DNA of 63,961 nt, the filler included, from Lama guanicoe (taxonomy: Eukaryota), in NCBI GenBank assembly GCA_013239625.1. It is 208 parts of 208 records of this genome, joined end to end, with 100 filler letters (N's around TTAATTAATTAA, not from the genome) between each part and the next. Parts side by side here need not be neighbours in the genome. Positions count along the whole stretch, not along the records: positions 12,321 to 12,528 come from PNXV01034825.1; positions 12,629 to 12,836 come from PNXV01034826.1; positions 12,937 to 13,144 come from PNXV01034827.1; positions 13,245 to 13,452 come from PNXV01034828.1; positions 13,553 to 13,760 come from PNXV01034829.1; positions 13,861 to 14,068 come from PNXV01034830.1; positions 14,169 to 14,376 come from PNXV01034831.1; positions 14,477 to 14,684 come from PNXV01034832.1; 200 more parts are not named here. The stretch is one strand, 5' to 3'. The translations under genes were made by a program, and so were the position numbers. The notes beneath the pieces were generated by a model. The model was given only the letters and a program-made list of their open reading frames with translations. It did no database searches and was not told the origin of the DNA. Each line of letters starts with the position of its first letter. Position 1 is the stretch's first letter. Shown piece after piece: positions 12,413 to 26,080 of this stretch.

Positions 12413-13860
12413 TTCCTGCTTTTCACATCTTATTTTGAAAATCTGTAGCTATTCCAAGTTTATAAATATATTCCAATTGTCTTCTAATTTTTTTCTTAGT
12501 TTTGCCTTTTGCTTTTATTATTTTCTTTNNNNNNNNNNNNNNNNNNNNNNNNNNNNNNNNNNNNNNNNNNNNTTAATTAATTAANNNNNNNNNNNNNNNN
12601 NNNNNNNNNNNNNNNNNNNNNNNNNNNNTTCTTAGGTTTTGCAGGACATAGAACAGTTCATGACTGTTGAATTTGTGTTGCCCTTTAGGTATCAAGAGGA
12701 AGCTCTAAGCAGCCCAGATAACACTCCAGGTGCAAAGGTCCCAGGCACTTGTGGACGCATCATGAGAACCATCTTCATAACCAGGGCTATTTAAGGAAGA
12801 GTGTACATCCAAACAAAGAATACTTGCTGCAATACCNNNNNNNNNNNNNNNNNNNNNNNNNNNNNNNNNNNNNNNNNNNNTTAATTAATTAANNNNNNNN
12901 NNNNNNNNNNNNNNNNNNNNNNNNNNNNNNNNNNNNCTTGCCCCCTGAAGGCTGCCGCGGGAATTGGTCCATGTGGCCAAGCTGTGTTAGGGCTGCAGCT
13001 GACCCCGCTGTGGGCTTGGGAGCTGGCTGCATCCTGGGAGCCCTGCATTGATTTTGCTTGGACATAGCAGGCATCCCTGCTAGAGGGGTGTGGAGAGCTG
13101 GTCATGGAGCCTTTGAGGGCTGGCTAGGAAGTCCTTCTCTTTCCNNNNNNNNNNNNNNNNNNNNNNNNNNNNNNNNNNNNNNNNNNNNTTAATTAATTAA
13201 NNNNNNNNNNNNNNNNNNNNNNNNNNNNNNNNNNNNNNNNNNNNAGATTTAATTCAGATGAGCTTCCTTTTGCCTTGGGTTGAAATACAAGCCTACAAAA
13301 ATCGGGTAATATGTTCACTGACTGACGTAAATGTGAATAGGGAGGTCCAGTACATGACCGCATGGACTCTCTAGAAGGGGGTCAGCCCTCTCATTCAGCG
13401 TTAGTGTCCAGTTTATTGAACATAGCTACCCTGATCCCTGAACACATGTAGTNNNNNNNNNNNNNNNNNNNNNNNNNNNNNNNNNNNNNNNNNNNNTTAA
13501 TTAATTAANNNNNNNNNNNNNNNNNNNNNNNNNNNNNNNNNNNNNNNNNNNNGTTGTCACCTCCTTAAAGTTCAGAAGCTCAGCGGTCAGCTTCTCAGTA
13601 AAGGAAGCCAGGCCACGATTAAAACCACACCACCTTCTCCCACCAGCCCTCTGTACCTTCCTCTTCTGCTTTACTTTCCTCCAGAATACTGAGCACTATT
13701 TATATATCTTAATTACTTGGCCATTTGTCTTCCCATCTCTGAAGTGTAAGATCTTGGGGGNNNNNNNNNNNNNNNNNNNNNNNNNNNNNNNNNNNNNNNN
13801 NNNNTTAATTAATTAANNNNNNNNNNNNNNNNNNNNNNNNNNNNNNNNNNNNNNNNNNNN

Positions 13861-14068
13861 CCCGCAAGTTGTGTCTTTTTTTATGTTTCCCGACTTAAGC
13901 ATAAGCCCCGCGCCCCGTGTGCCCCCTGCGGGCGGGCAGGCTCCCCGGGGGGCAGCGGGGCTCGGGCGCCTGTCGGGCCCGCACAGCTGCAGGCCCGGGC
14001 GCTGAAACCGGGGGGCCTCGCGGCCCCTCCACCGGGCAGACCGCCTTCCTCGGAAGCGACACCGAAAC
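13861..14068. promoter_or_regulatory. CpG island fragment
   Basis: Very high GC and CpG density from about 13905; gene not recognised. Confidence 0.75.
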
Positions 14069-14168
14069 NNNNNNNNNNNNNNNNNNNNNNNNNNNNNNNN
14101 NNNNNNNNNNNNTTAATTAATTAANNNNNNNNNNNNNNNNNNNNNNNNNNNNNNNNNNNNNNNNNNNN

Positions 14169-14237
14169 GGTACTGGGGATTGAACCCAGGACCTCGTGCA
14201 TGCTGAGCACATGATCTGCCACTGAGCTACCCCCTCC
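14169..14237 (-). mobile_element. tRNA-derived camelid SINE (Vic-1-like)
   Basis: ggtactggggattgaacccaggacctcgtgcatgctgagcac...cactgagctaccccctcc. Confidence 0.85.
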
Positions 14238-16016
14238 TTGCTGGGTTTTCTCATTCTGACTCTACAGGGCTCTGCACCTTCTGTTGCCTTTGAGCTATTG
14301 TACAGCCACCCAGTTGTAGGTGATGGATAGTGATGCAGAATAATCCTTGCCCTGGGACATGAAGAACCCAGCCTGGNNNNNNNNNNNNNNNNNNNNNNNN
14401 NNNNNNNNNNNNNNNNNNNNTTAATTAATTAANNNNNNNNNNNNNNNNNNNNNNNNNNNNNNNNNNNNNNNNNNNNCTGGGTCCACATGGATGACTCCAT
14501 GTTGTAGGGTGTTAAGAGACAGCTGGGTATGGGGCTGGGGGACCTAACAACTTCACCCCTTGCCCTTGAGTCAGGAGTCAAGCAAGCCCCTGCCATTCCT
14601 AGTATCAGTTTACCGGATCCACCGTCTCAGCTTGCTTTGCCTGTTAAGTGGAACAACTGTTAAGGTGTTCTCGGATTTGGTACCNNNNNNNNNNNNNNNN
14701 NNNNNNNNNNNNNNNNNNNNNNNNNNNNTTAATTAATTAANNNNNNNNNNNNNNNNNNNNNNNNNNNNNNNNNNNNNNNNNNNNGTGTGCAGTTGCAATG
14801 AGTTATGAACAATAAGAGACAGAAAACAGAAACAAAATTGCCATTTCTGAGGTGTCAGGGGCAAAAGCACATAGCCCCACCAGGGGGCTGGGCAGACCAC
14901 CGAGCCACCCCTCCTCTCCAGCCTCAACCTGGTGGGCCAGAGGAGGAAAAACACCATCTGAACCTTTGAACACTTAAGCAGTTACAAATACCNNNNNNNN
15001 NNNNNNNNNNNNNNNNNNNNNNNNNNNNNNNNNNNNTTAATTAATTAANNNNNNNNNNNNNNNNNNNNNNNNNNNNNNNNNNNNNNNNNNNNAAAAAAAA
15101 TCAAGCTCCACATTAATGTTGCGTGAAATTTCCTGTATATGTATTTATGTTGTGAATTATGAAGTTCATACACAAAAAGCCAAAAACAAGGGGCTTTAAG
15201 TTCGGAAAGGACCATATTGTAGCCCCAAAGCCCTCTACATTTTGCCTGTATGTCCTTAGATAATCGATTCATCACCCCTAATGTTTAACTATCTTATTTG
15301 NNNNNNNNNNNNNNNNNNNNNNNNNNNNNNNNNNNNNNNNNNNNTTAATTAATTAANNNNNNNNNNNNNNNNNNNNNNNNNNNNNNNNNNNNNNNNNNNN
15401 GTTTTATGCGCTTAGGGCTTACCAACATGAACCCATACGTTTATGAATACTTTTTGGTCACAATCCATTTTTTAAAATCGCCCTATGTATTTCTCTGGGA
15501 TCCACAAAATACAACCTCCAGGAGTTTCCTTCTTTGGGACCATGTCGTCAGGAAGCCACCTTAGTCCTACCAGACGCGCACATTTTGGGCAATGATTTAA
15601 GGCTTCTGNNNNNNNNNNNNNNNNNNNNNNNNNNNNNNNNNNNNNNNNNNNNTTAATTAATTAANNNNNNNNNNNNNNNNNNNNNNNNNNNNNNNNNNNN
15701 NNNNNNNNTTTTTTTTTTTTAAATCATAAGTCTGTTTTCCAGTCCAAAAAACTTCAAGATACAGGGGAGCAGATCAAACACTTTTTTATGTCAGAGCTAG
15801 ATGCCAAATGGATTTGTTTCAGTTCCTGGAAAATAACCTGATTAACTTAGTCTGATTTCCTTGATTTGTTGTTTCTTTTACTTTCCACACCACATATGTA
15901 CTCTGATTGGAGGCATNNNNNNNNNNNNNNNNNNNNNNNNNNNNNNNNNNNNNNNNNNNNTTAATTAATTAANNNNNNNNNNNNNNNNNNNNNNNNNNNN
16001 NNNNNNNNNNNNNNNN

Positions 16017-16224
16017 AAAAGAACAAAATTCGACCTCTACCTCATACTATATGTAAGAATTAACTGAAAATGAAAGAGCTAAAACTACAAAATTCTTAGA
16101 AGACAACACAGGTGTGTGACTTCGTGCCTGGATCTGGCAATTGTTTCTTAGATAGGACAGTAAAAGACAGAAATAGATTAACTGAATTTCACCAATATTA
16201 AAAACTTCTATGCTTCAAAAGACA
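16017..16224 (+). mobile_element. Old LINE-1 ORF2 fragment
   Basis: ctacctcatactatatgtaagaattaact...aaaactacaaaattcttagaaga...ttaaaaacttctatgcttcaaaagaca. Confidence 0.8.
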
Positions 16225-17912
16225 NNNNNNNNNNNNNNNNNNNNNNNNNNNNNNNNNNNNNNNNNNNNTTAATTAATTAANNNNNNNNNNNNNNNNNNNN
16301 NNNNNNNNNNNNNNNNNNNNNNNNTTCTTCATTTGGGGTTTATGTGCTGGTTCCCTGGGAAAGTATCGCAGTGTTAGGTAAAACCCACCAGAGTATTTTA
16401 TGTGAAGTGGCAAATGCAAGTACTGCATAATGCTATTCAAAGTATTTTATAAAGAACTTTATAAGAAACTTTATTAAAAAACTAATTACTTTTGAAAACA
16501 ACCATGTCAATACCACACCAAAAAAGCAGAGANNNNNNNNNNNNNNNNNNNNNNNNNNNNNNNNNNNNNNNNNNNNTTAATTAATTAANNNNNNNNNNNN
16601 NNNNNNNNNNNNNNNNNNNNNNNNNNNNNNNNGGACAGAAAGCTCTAAGGAATTCTGATGTTGACACCAAGGCATTGAAAATGGACCCCTGTCCCTACTG
16701 ACAAAAATACTGGGGCGTTGCTTCTGATAAAGCCAAACGGGATCTGTATTTGAATTAAGACATGAACTATGTTTAGAAGCTGAAGACTTGCCCCCACTGC
16801 CTACCAGTGCGATTGGATGAATGTCTAAAAGAAAAGAGACNNNNNNNNNNNNNNNNNNNNNNNNNNNNNNNNNNNNNNNNNNNNTTAATTAATTAANNNN
16901 NNNNNNNNNNNNNNNNNNNNNNNNNNNNNNNNNNNNNNNNTTAGTTTTCATTATCTTAGGAGTTGACATCTAATTTTAACTTTTAAAATGAAAAAGGAGC
17001 TATTTTTCCTTAACTTTGGGAGTCTATCTTGAAGAGCATACAAGCTTCACGAAGCTCTCTTTCTCTTCTTTTTGGAGAAGTTTACAAATAAATAAATAGT
17101 GCATTTAAAATGTTTAAGACGCTTTTGAGTTACTGAGTTACTTCAGTTNNNNNNNNNNNNNNNNNNNNNNNNNNNNNNNNNNNNNNNNNNNNTTAATTAA
17201 TTAANNNNNNNNNNNNNNNNNNNNNNNNNNNNNNNNNNNNNNNNNNNNGCAATCTCTTTCTGTCTTTCCGAAGTAATGTCATAATCTTTGTGGTTAAGAG
17301 GTTAGAGTAGGTTTCCTTTCATCTTTGGAAGTCAGTTCAGACTATTTCCTGCCTGGTCAGAGCAGTCATTGCTGAATTATGTAAGGCACGTCCCCTTCCC
17401 CCCTTTCTCTGCTCTATTCTGCCCCCTCAGGGCAGAAAGTGCTAGTTGTAGAGTTTNNNNNNNNNNNNNNNNNNNNNNNNNNNNNNNNNNNNNNNNNNNN
17501 TTAATTAATTAANNNNNNNNNNNNNNNNNNNNNNNNNNNNNNNNNNNNNNNNNNNNAAAAGGCCCATTAAACACATTATTTAAACACATGCTTGAAGCTC
17601 TTAGCCCTTTTTTGATCAATAAAGCACTTTTTTATTAATATTTTTTCTTGTATTTAAAGGAGGAATTACAACTCTCCATAGCTGTACATACAACCCTTTT
17701 CTCCTAAAAAGGAGTCAGTACTCCTATATTTTTCATTTTTTGTCAAAGCAAGAAGCAAATACTTNNNNNNNNNNNNNNNNNNNNNNNNNNNNNNNNNNNN
17801 NNNNNNNNTTAATTAATTAANNNNNNNNNNNNNNNNNNNNNNNNNNNNNNNNNNNNNNNNNNNNCATGCATTTTGACTTGAAAATATGATAAATCTCAAA
17901 GTGAATAGTGAA

Positions 17913-18072
17913 ATTTTTTTTTTAAATTGAAGTACTATCATTTACAATGTGTCGATTTCTGGTGTACAGCGCAATGTCCCAGTCATGCATATATATATGT
18001 ATATATATATATATATATATATGTATACACACACACATTCATTTTTCATATTTTTTTCATTTAAAGTTATTA
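17913..18072 (-). mobile_element. LINE-1 3' end with embedded (TA)n/(CA)n microsatellite
   Basis: poly-T followed by attgaagta...ttacaatgtgtcgatttctggtgtacagc; dinucleotide run at about 17988..18037. Confidence 0.75.
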
Positions 18073-18172
18073 NNNNNNNNNNNNNNNNNNNNNNNNNNNN
18101 NNNNNNNNNNNNNNNNTTAATTAATTAANNNNNNNNNNNNNNNNNNNNNNNNNNNNNNNNNNNNNNNNNNNN

Positions 18173-18323
18173 TTAGCAAACAGAATCTAACAACACATAA
18201 AAAAGATTATACACCATGATCGAGTTGGGTTCATCCCAGGGACACAAGGATGGTTCAGCATACATAAATCAATCAACATGACACACCACATCAATAAGAG
18301 AAGGACAAAAATCCCATGATCAT
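18173..18323 (+). mobile_element. LINE-1 ORF2 reverse-transcriptase fragment with in-frame stop
   Basis: Translates as [34 protein letters not shown], the conserved L1 RT motif; similarity ends abruptly near 18323. Confidence 0.93.
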
Positions 18324-19712
18324 GGAATTTTAATGACAACATTTGTGAATCTGTGGCTAGTTTAGTTTAAAAAAAAAAAANNNNNNNNNNNNNNNNNNNN
18401 NNNNNNNNNNNNNNNNNNNNNNNNTTAATTAATTAANNNNNNNNNNNNNNNNNNNNNNNNNNNNNNNNNNNNNNNNNNNNTTTTGTTTTCTTTATGTTTT
18501 AGAATGAGTACATCTTGTGTGTAATCAAATTCACTGATTTTTCCTTGGCTATGTCAAGTCTACTAATGGACTAAGAAAACACATTTTTCTTTCATGTTAA
18601 TTTGATTCTGATTTGTACCATTCCATGTGATTCTTTCTTAAAGTTTCCATTCTCTGCTGATATTCACCTGATCTTATGTCATTTTTTTNNNNNNNNNNNN
18701 NNNNNNNNNNNNNNNNNNNNNNNNNNNNNNNNTTAATTAATTAANNNNNNNNNNNNNNNNNNNNNNNNNNNNNNNNNNNNNNNNNNNNACACATGGTCCC
18801 ACCTAGTGGAGGAGCTCGGGCTCCCAGGAAGTCACCAGCTCTGAGACGCTGACCACAACCTGAAGGCCACTCAGCCTTGCTTCCGGCGGCTGCCATCCAG
18901 GGGCCCCGGCTCCAGTAACACGCATGGCGTCCTGCCCGGAGAGACATGCTGGCTCTAAGCTGGGGCAGGCCACAGGTGACATCGGGGCTGGCGAGANNNN
19001 NNNNNNNNNNNNNNNNNNNNNNNNNNNNNNNNNNNNNNNNTTAATTAATTAANNNNNNNNNNNNNNNNNNNNNNNNNNNNNNNNNNNNNNNNNNNNAGTT
19101 TCTCAAAATTATACAGAGACCAAAGACAAACTGCAGAGTGAACCACATTTAAAAATATATATGAAGATCCCCCAATCTCCCCGCCTAAGGTTTACAGCAT
19201 AAAGCAAAAAGATCTTGCCTTTGATCACCAAGGAAGATGTCACCACCTCTCAGGTGGAAAGGAGAGTTATTCTTTGAGCAGGACACAGAAGTGCTCCATC
19301 GGATNNNNNNNNNNNNNNNNNNNNNNNNNNNNNNNNNNNNNNNNNNNNTTAATTAATTAANNNNNNNNNNNNNNNNNNNNNNNNNNNNNNNNNNNNNNNN
19401 NNNNGCTCTATTCAGTTCTTTCTTTCTTTTCCTTTTTTTGTGGGAAATGTGGTGTAGGTTTCATTTTCCTCCACACTTGAGGCTAGTGTAAAACTTGTTT
19501 GTTTTAATGAAAAATAAATGATTTAATACCGTCTTTTTCTCATCTAACAGAAATATTTATTACAAGGCTGAAACACATGAAGTAATTTAGAATCACCATT
19601 AGCTCATCACTCNNNNNNNNNNNNNNNNNNNNNNNNNNNNNNNNNNNNNNNNNNNNTTAATTAATTAANNNNNNNNNNNNNNNNNNNNNNNNNNNNNNNN
19701 NNNNNNNNNNNN

Positions 19713-19920
19713 CCCCAAAAAGAAGAGTTTTGCATAATTTGTTAGGAAATCGCATTAATTCTGGGGACTGCCTTGGACAGTATGAACATTTTAACGATTT
19801 TGTTTCTTCCATTATGAGACCATTGGTTATCTTTTTAATTCTTCAAATCTTTTTTGAGTTAATCAATGTTCTCTAGTTCTCCATGTATAATATATTCACC
19901 TCTTTGGTCAGATATATTCT
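19713..19920 (-). mobile_element. LINE-1 ORF2 fragment (degenerate)
   Basis: ggacagtatgaacattttaacgattttg...ttcacctctttggtcaga. Confidence 0.7.
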
Positions 19921-21560
19921 NNNNNNNNNNNNNNNNNNNNNNNNNNNNNNNNNNNNNNNNNNNNTTAATTAATTAANNNNNNNNNNNNNNNNNNNNNNNN
20001 NNNNNNNNNNNNNNNNNNNNGTCCTCGGTGCCAGCCCACAGAGGGCAGGACAAGTGGTGGCAGTAGCTACTGGCGTAACCACAGTCTGTTGGGGTCACTT
20101 GTTACGTAGCAAAGGTAACCGACGCAGCCAACAGTGAGGGCATCCCTTCTGTGTCTGCCCCCGTCTGCAGGGCTGTTGCGGTACCTCTGGTCCCGTTTTC
20201 CCGGAGTATCTCTGTGCAGGGTCAGGTCNNNNNNNNNNNNNNNNNNNNNNNNNNNNNNNNNNNNNNNNNNNNTTAATTAATTAANNNNNNNNNNNNNNNN
20301 NNNNNNNNNNNNNNNNNNNNNNNNNNNNCAGCAGATGAAATGATTGCAAAACCAGATCCGGGGCCACTGTGTTCATATTCTGTTGTTTTACTCCTCACAG
20401 CAGCAGCCTTTGCTTGCATGCTGATTCTCCTACGAGCTGGTCCCATCTTTACACCATTGATTCCTGTACGCCTAGCACAACGTTTAGCTCATTCCAGGAA
20501 TTCAGCAAGTGTTTGCAGACTGCACTGAAGGATTCTNNNNNNNNNNNNNNNNNNNNNNNNNNNNNNNNNNNNNNNNNNNNTTAATTAATTAANNNNNNNN
20601 NNNNNNNNNNNNNNNNNNNNNNNNNNNNNNNNNNNNAGCAGTGAGGAAATGTATGAGGCAGCTCAAAAGCCTACTTACTAAACCATGTCTCATTCTCAGA
20701 TTCACCCGCAGGGTCGTGGCGAGCCCTCCCAGGGCATCAGTACCCAACACGGTGCGAGGCTGGGGGGCACGCGCTCTGTCCCTCCCTCCTTTCTCATAGC
20801 CGTGGACACACACTCAGGCATGGGAATGATGATGGCACCGTCCANNNNNNNNNNNNNNNNNNNNNNNNNNNNNNNNNNNNNNNNNNNNTTAATTAATTAA
20901 NNNNNNNNNNNNNNNNNNNNNNNNNNNNNNNNNNNNNNNNNNNNTTTTTTTCACTTAATATCATACCATGAATGTTTTCCTTGTTAGAAATAGTCTTCTA
21001 AATTATTTTTCATGGCTTAATAATATTTTATCGTGTTGGTACACCATCATTTATACGAACAATCCCTTTTCATTGAACACGTAGGCTTTGCAGTGATTAA
21101 AAATCATCACCTTGACCATCTTTGGAGTTAAAACCTTGTTTGATCCATGATANNNNNNNNNNNNNNNNNNNNNNNNNNNNNNNNNNNNNNNNNNNNTTAA
21201 TTAATTAANNNNNNNNNNNNNNNNNNNNNNNNNNNNNNNNNNNNNNNNNNNNCCCTGCCCCCCACCCCCCGAGTATCTGTTTTCCGGTATCCTCCCTACA
21301 CTCCATAGGATCATTTGTTTAATTCTTTTCAATCTCCTGAGGAGAGAACGTCATCTCGTTTGTTTGTTGGTCTGATTACCAAAGAGTTAGGGTGTCTGTC
21401 TGTTTATTAGTCAGAAAACAACCATCCTTTACCTCTGAGGAGGAGGCAATGTAACATCACNNNNNNNNNNNNNNNNNNNNNNNNNNNNNNNNNNNNNNNN
21501 NNNNTTAATTAATTAANNNNNNNNNNNNNNNNNNNNNNNNNNNNNNNNNNNNNNNNNNNN

Positions 21561-21768
21561 TTTAGCAAGTGAATCCAATGTATTAAAAAGCACACTCTAA
21601 CAAACTGGGACTTCTTCCAAGGTTATAGTGTTGGCTGAACATTGAAAAATAAAATAAAGGTGTTCAGCATATTGAAAGACTAAAAAGAGCATCGTAGGAT
21701 TTCAAAATTCAATACGCTACAATTATCTATTGAAGAATGTGGTATTAGAATAAATACAGAGGAAAAAA
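21561..21768 (+). mobile_element. Highly decayed LINE-1 RT fragment
   Basis: tttagcaagtgaatccaa...tattaaaaag aligns loosely with the L1 RT motif at 18173. Confidence 0.55.
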
Positions 21769-22484
21769 NNNNNNNNNNNNNNNNNNNNNNNNNNNNNNNN
21801 NNNNNNNNNNNNTTAATTAATTAANNNNNNNNNNNNNNNNNNNNNNNNNNNNNNNNNNNNNNNNNNNNGCAATGACCTCCACGAGCTGAACAAAGGCAGG
21901 ACAAAAAGCCGGGGCAGATGCTGGCACCGCGGGGCCTTCCCTGCAGGACTGCGCTGCTGCCAAGTCCTGGGGTGGGCTCCCCAAGAGCCCCGCTGCAGGT
22001 CTTCTTTGCAGACCTGTGACTGGCCCGGATCAGCAGGTTTGAGGACTAGAATCTGTTTAACTTGGTCAAGTAATAGNNNNNNNNNNNNNNNNNNNNNNNN
22101 NNNNNNNNNNNNNNNNNNNNTTAATTAATTAANNNNNNNNNNNNNNNNNNNNNNNNNNNNNNNNNNNNNNNNNNNNCAAAGAAGAGAGAACAGAGAAGAG
22201 AGAGATGGCATCTGAGAAGGAAGAGCGGGTTCAGCACCAACGCATCAGGGAGGCTGCCCAAGGAAGGGGCTAGTGTCCATTCACACTTACGGGGTTGACT
22301 TCAGCACACATGAGCTGATCTAACGCAGATGTCACGAGATGAAGGAGTGAGCAGAGTAAGTATGAGAAATTCCTTCAAGCTTTTNNNNNNNNNNNNNNNN
22401 NNNNNNNNNNNNNNNNNNNNNNNNNNNNTTAATTAATTAANNNNNNNNNNNNNNNNNNNNNNNNNNNNNNNNNNNNNNNNNNNN

Positions 22485-23308
22485 TTTAAAAAGTAAGTTA
22501 AACAAATCCTAAATGTTCTGATTTGGTTTTAGATACTCTGGAAAAATCACAATTCAAGCGACAATTACAGAGTTTTTATTAACCTTATCTCAGCCAGTAT
22601 GCTTTGCTCGTGAACCTGCAGGTTTACAGTCCCAGGTTCCACGTTGGACTCATAGTCTCACTATGGACTCACTGAACACTGAGCCATCCACTNNNNNNNN
22701 NNNNNNNNNNNNNNNNNNNNNNNNNNNNNNNNNNNNTTAATTAATTAANNNNNNNNNNNNNNNNNNNNNNNNNNNNNNNNNNNNNNNNNNNNCCCACCAC
22801 CCACTGACTGACTTCACACCAGATTGTCGGAGGCCCATGTTCTAATCTCTGTCTGCGAGTCTGCACAGTAGATCAGGGAAGAGTGTGTGCTCTGGACACC
22901 TGTATGTGACCTGAGCTTGTTTTTCTGTGCTATGGAGAGCGGGTAGTGATAGCCATCTCAGGGTTGGGAGGATTGAATGAAACACATAGGTCAGTGCTGA
23001 NNNNNNNNNNNNNNNNNNNNNNNNNNNNNNNNNNNNNNNNNNNNTTAATTAATTAANNNNNNNNNNNNNNNNNNNNNNNNNNNNNNNNNNNNNNNNNNNN
23101 TTTAAAAAGTAAGTTAAACAAATCCTAAATGTTCTGATTTGGTTTTAGACACTCTGGAAAAATCACAATTCAAGCGACAATTACACAGTTTTTATTAACC
23201 TTATCTCAGCCAGTATGCTTTGCTCATGAACCTGCAGGTTTACAGTCCCAGGTTCCACATTGGACTCATAGTCTCACTATGGACTCACTGAACACTGAGC
23301 CATCCACT
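22485..23308. repeat. Near-identical contig pair 3 (22485..22692 vs 23101..23308)
   Basis: 4 substitutions; 49-bp identical flanks. Confidence 0.97.
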
Positions 23309-23799
23309 NNNNNNNNNNNNNNNNNNNNNNNNNNNNNNNNNNNNNNNNNNNNTTAATTAATTAANNNNNNNNNNNNNNNNNNNNNNNNNNNNNNNNNNNN
23401 NNNNNNNNAAAAAAATCAAGTTACAGTAAGTGATGTGTTTTGATCGAGTATTAACATGACCAAGGAAACTGGGGAGACCACAGTTGACTGAAATCTACCA
23501 ATAATCTTGTAAACAATAAAACCTACTGCCTCCTACACCTCCCTTTTTATCAAAACAAAACAAAAACCAAAACTCTTACAATACTGCCTTCTTCCCCATT
23601 ACTTATCCCACCTTCTNNNNNNNNNNNNNNNNNNNNNNNNNNNNNNNNNNNNNNNNNNNNTTAATTAATTAANNNNNNNNNNNNNNNNNNNNNNNNNNNN
23701 NNNNNNNNNNNNNNNNCAAAGTCAGATTTTCTTATTGTAATGATGCTGTGTATGTAATTTACTTAAAATTCTGTATATTTAAAAAACTTTTCCACTTAA

Positions 23800-23875
23800 G
23801 GGAGGCACTGGGAATTGAACCCAGGACCTTGTGCACACCAAGCACACACTCTACCCTTGAGTTACACCCCCCCCC
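23800..23875 (-). mobile_element. tRNA-derived camelid SINE (Vic-1-like)
   Basis: ggaggcactgggaattgaacccaggaccttgtgcac...agcacacactctacccttgagttacacccc. Confidence 0.85.
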
Positions 23876-25872
23876 ACTTACAACTCTGGATCAAAAACAA
23901 ACGTCTGAAAAGTAACCACAACTGNNNNNNNNNNNNNNNNNNNNNNNNNNNNNNNNNNNNNNNNNNNNTTAATTAATTAANNNNNNNNNNNNNNNNNNNN
24001 NNNNNNNNNNNNNNNNNNNNNNNNGTGTAGTTCACATAGACAAATAAATCAGGGTATCCAGGGGAAATTTTTCAGAAATCATTGTTGTAGGGAACTTTCG
24101 AACTGAAAGACACTAATTTTAAAATTAAACATTTGAGTTCCTACTAATGCAGTTAATTGTCAATGTCTTAAAACAATCTGTGGAAAAGCTATTAACACTA
24201 ACTCAGAATCAAAAAAAATTCATGCCTTCTGANNNNNNNNNNNNNNNNNNNNNNNNNNNNNNNNNNNNNNNNNNNNTTAATTAATTAANNNNNNNNNNNN
24301 NNNNNNNNNNNNNNNNNNNNNNNNNNNNNNNNAAAAGTGGGGATATGGAGGTGGAGAAAGATAAGTTAAAAATGAAGCAAAGCAAAACAGGAAAAAACTA
24401 AGAGAAAGACGTTTCCAAGTAAGTGGGTGGTGGATGAGAAGGCTCATGAAACAGTGCTCCTCAGCTTGCAGTGAGAGTTTTCCATGCTGCAAACACAGGC
24501 CAGCAACCAGATGATGCAAGAAGAATCCTCAGTGATACTANNNNNNNNNNNNNNNNNNNNNNNNNNNNNNNNNNNNNNNNNNNNTTAATTAATTAANNNN
24601 NNNNNNNNNNNNNNNNNNNNNNNNNNNNNNNNNNNNNNNNTATTGTTCTCAGTCTCCATCTCCTCTGCCTGCAGATCATAAAGAAACAGTTCATTGCTGT
24701 TACTATTTCTTCCACTTAGACCCTGGATGTCCTCCAGCTAAGTGTTTGACACAATGATCACTTCAACTAAAAACAACAGGTTTCCATCCACACTGATGCC
24801 CTGGGTAAATTCTGAACATTTCCTTCATCCAGATTTAAAGCAAACAAANNNNNNNNNNNNNNNNNNNNNNNNNNNNNNNNNNNNNNNNNNNNTTAATTAA
24901 TTAANNNNNNNNNNNNNNNNNNNNNNNNNNNNNNNNNNNNNNNNNNNNAAATGGTGATGTTAAAAGCGGGTCTGGGATGGGAAACTTGGGGGCCTCCCAC
25001 CAACACACACAGAGTTCTCTCACCAAGGCCACCAGGAATCCCAAGCATGGTCCCAGATGACTTCTTCATCCTTCCCTCATGCTGCTCATGTTCTGGCTTT
25101 CACGACCGAGCACTGATAAAGACCCCACATGACACAAGTTACCTGGAACATGGAACNNNNNNNNNNNNNNNNNNNNNNNNNNNNNNNNNNNNNNNNNNNN
25201 TTAATTAATTAANNNNNNNNNNNNNNNNNNNNNNNNNNNNNNNNNNNNNNNNNNNNCAACTTAAACCCTGGCATCCACTGATCAGTTCTCCATTTCTATA
25301 ATTATGCCATTTTTAAAAATGTTGCATAAATGGAATCATACAGTGCGTAATCTTTTTGGATTGATGTTTCAGATGGCCTAAGTTCCGGGAGAATTTATGT
25401 GTCTTTTAAATACAGTTTTCATTTCTTTTTCAAGTTATTTGTTTATAACATTTGCACATTTTTTNNNNNNNNNNNNNNNNNNNNNNNNNNNNNNNNNNNN
25501 NNNNNNNNTTAATTAATTAANNNNNNNNNNNNNNNNNNNNNNNNNNNNNNNNNNNNNNNNNNNNCAGAGGGGCCACCGAGCACGCGCAGAGGGAGCTGCC
25601 CCTCAGGCCGTGGGTGTCCCTCCAGGAGAGTCACCGTGCGGGACCTCCATCTTCTGAAACGTGTGACTTCTGCATAACGCACATACAGTGTTTCTGTAAT
25701 CTGGGGGGGTGTGGGGGCGGGCCATAGGAGAAGAAAATTCACGGAGGCCAGGGTCTTACAGCTGCTGCAGGANNNNNNNNNNNNNNNNNNNNNNNNNNNN
25801 NNNNNNNNNNNNNNNNTTAATTAATTAANNNNNNNNNNNNNNNNNNNNNNNNNNNNNNNNNNNNNNNNNNNN

Positions 25873-26080
25873 AAACTTATGGTTACCAAAGGGGAAAGAG
25901 GATGGGGAGGGTACATTAGGACTCTAGGATTAGCAGATACAAACTACTATACATAAAACAGATAAACAACAATGACTTACTGTGTAGCATAATGAACCAT
26001 ACTCAATATCCTGTAATAAAACACAGTGGAAAATAATATGAAAAAGAGTATGTGTATATATGTATAACTGAATCACTTTG
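25873..26080 (+). mobile_element. LINE-1 3' UTR (cetartiodactyl type)
   Basis: aaacttatggttaccaaaggggaaag...gattagcagatacaaactactat...tgtataactgaatcactttg. Confidence 0.9.

Noticed and set aside
17557..17764. AT-rich fragment with AATAAA and a GCACTTT miRNA seed match as a conserved 3' UTR
   Set aside because: Plausible, but short motifs alone are not enough and I cannot assign a gene.
20340..20528. Complete 62-aa ATG ORF with a hydrophobic stretch
   Set aside because: No homology or splice context; its end resembles a MIR/L2 relic, and an ORF of this size is expected by chance.
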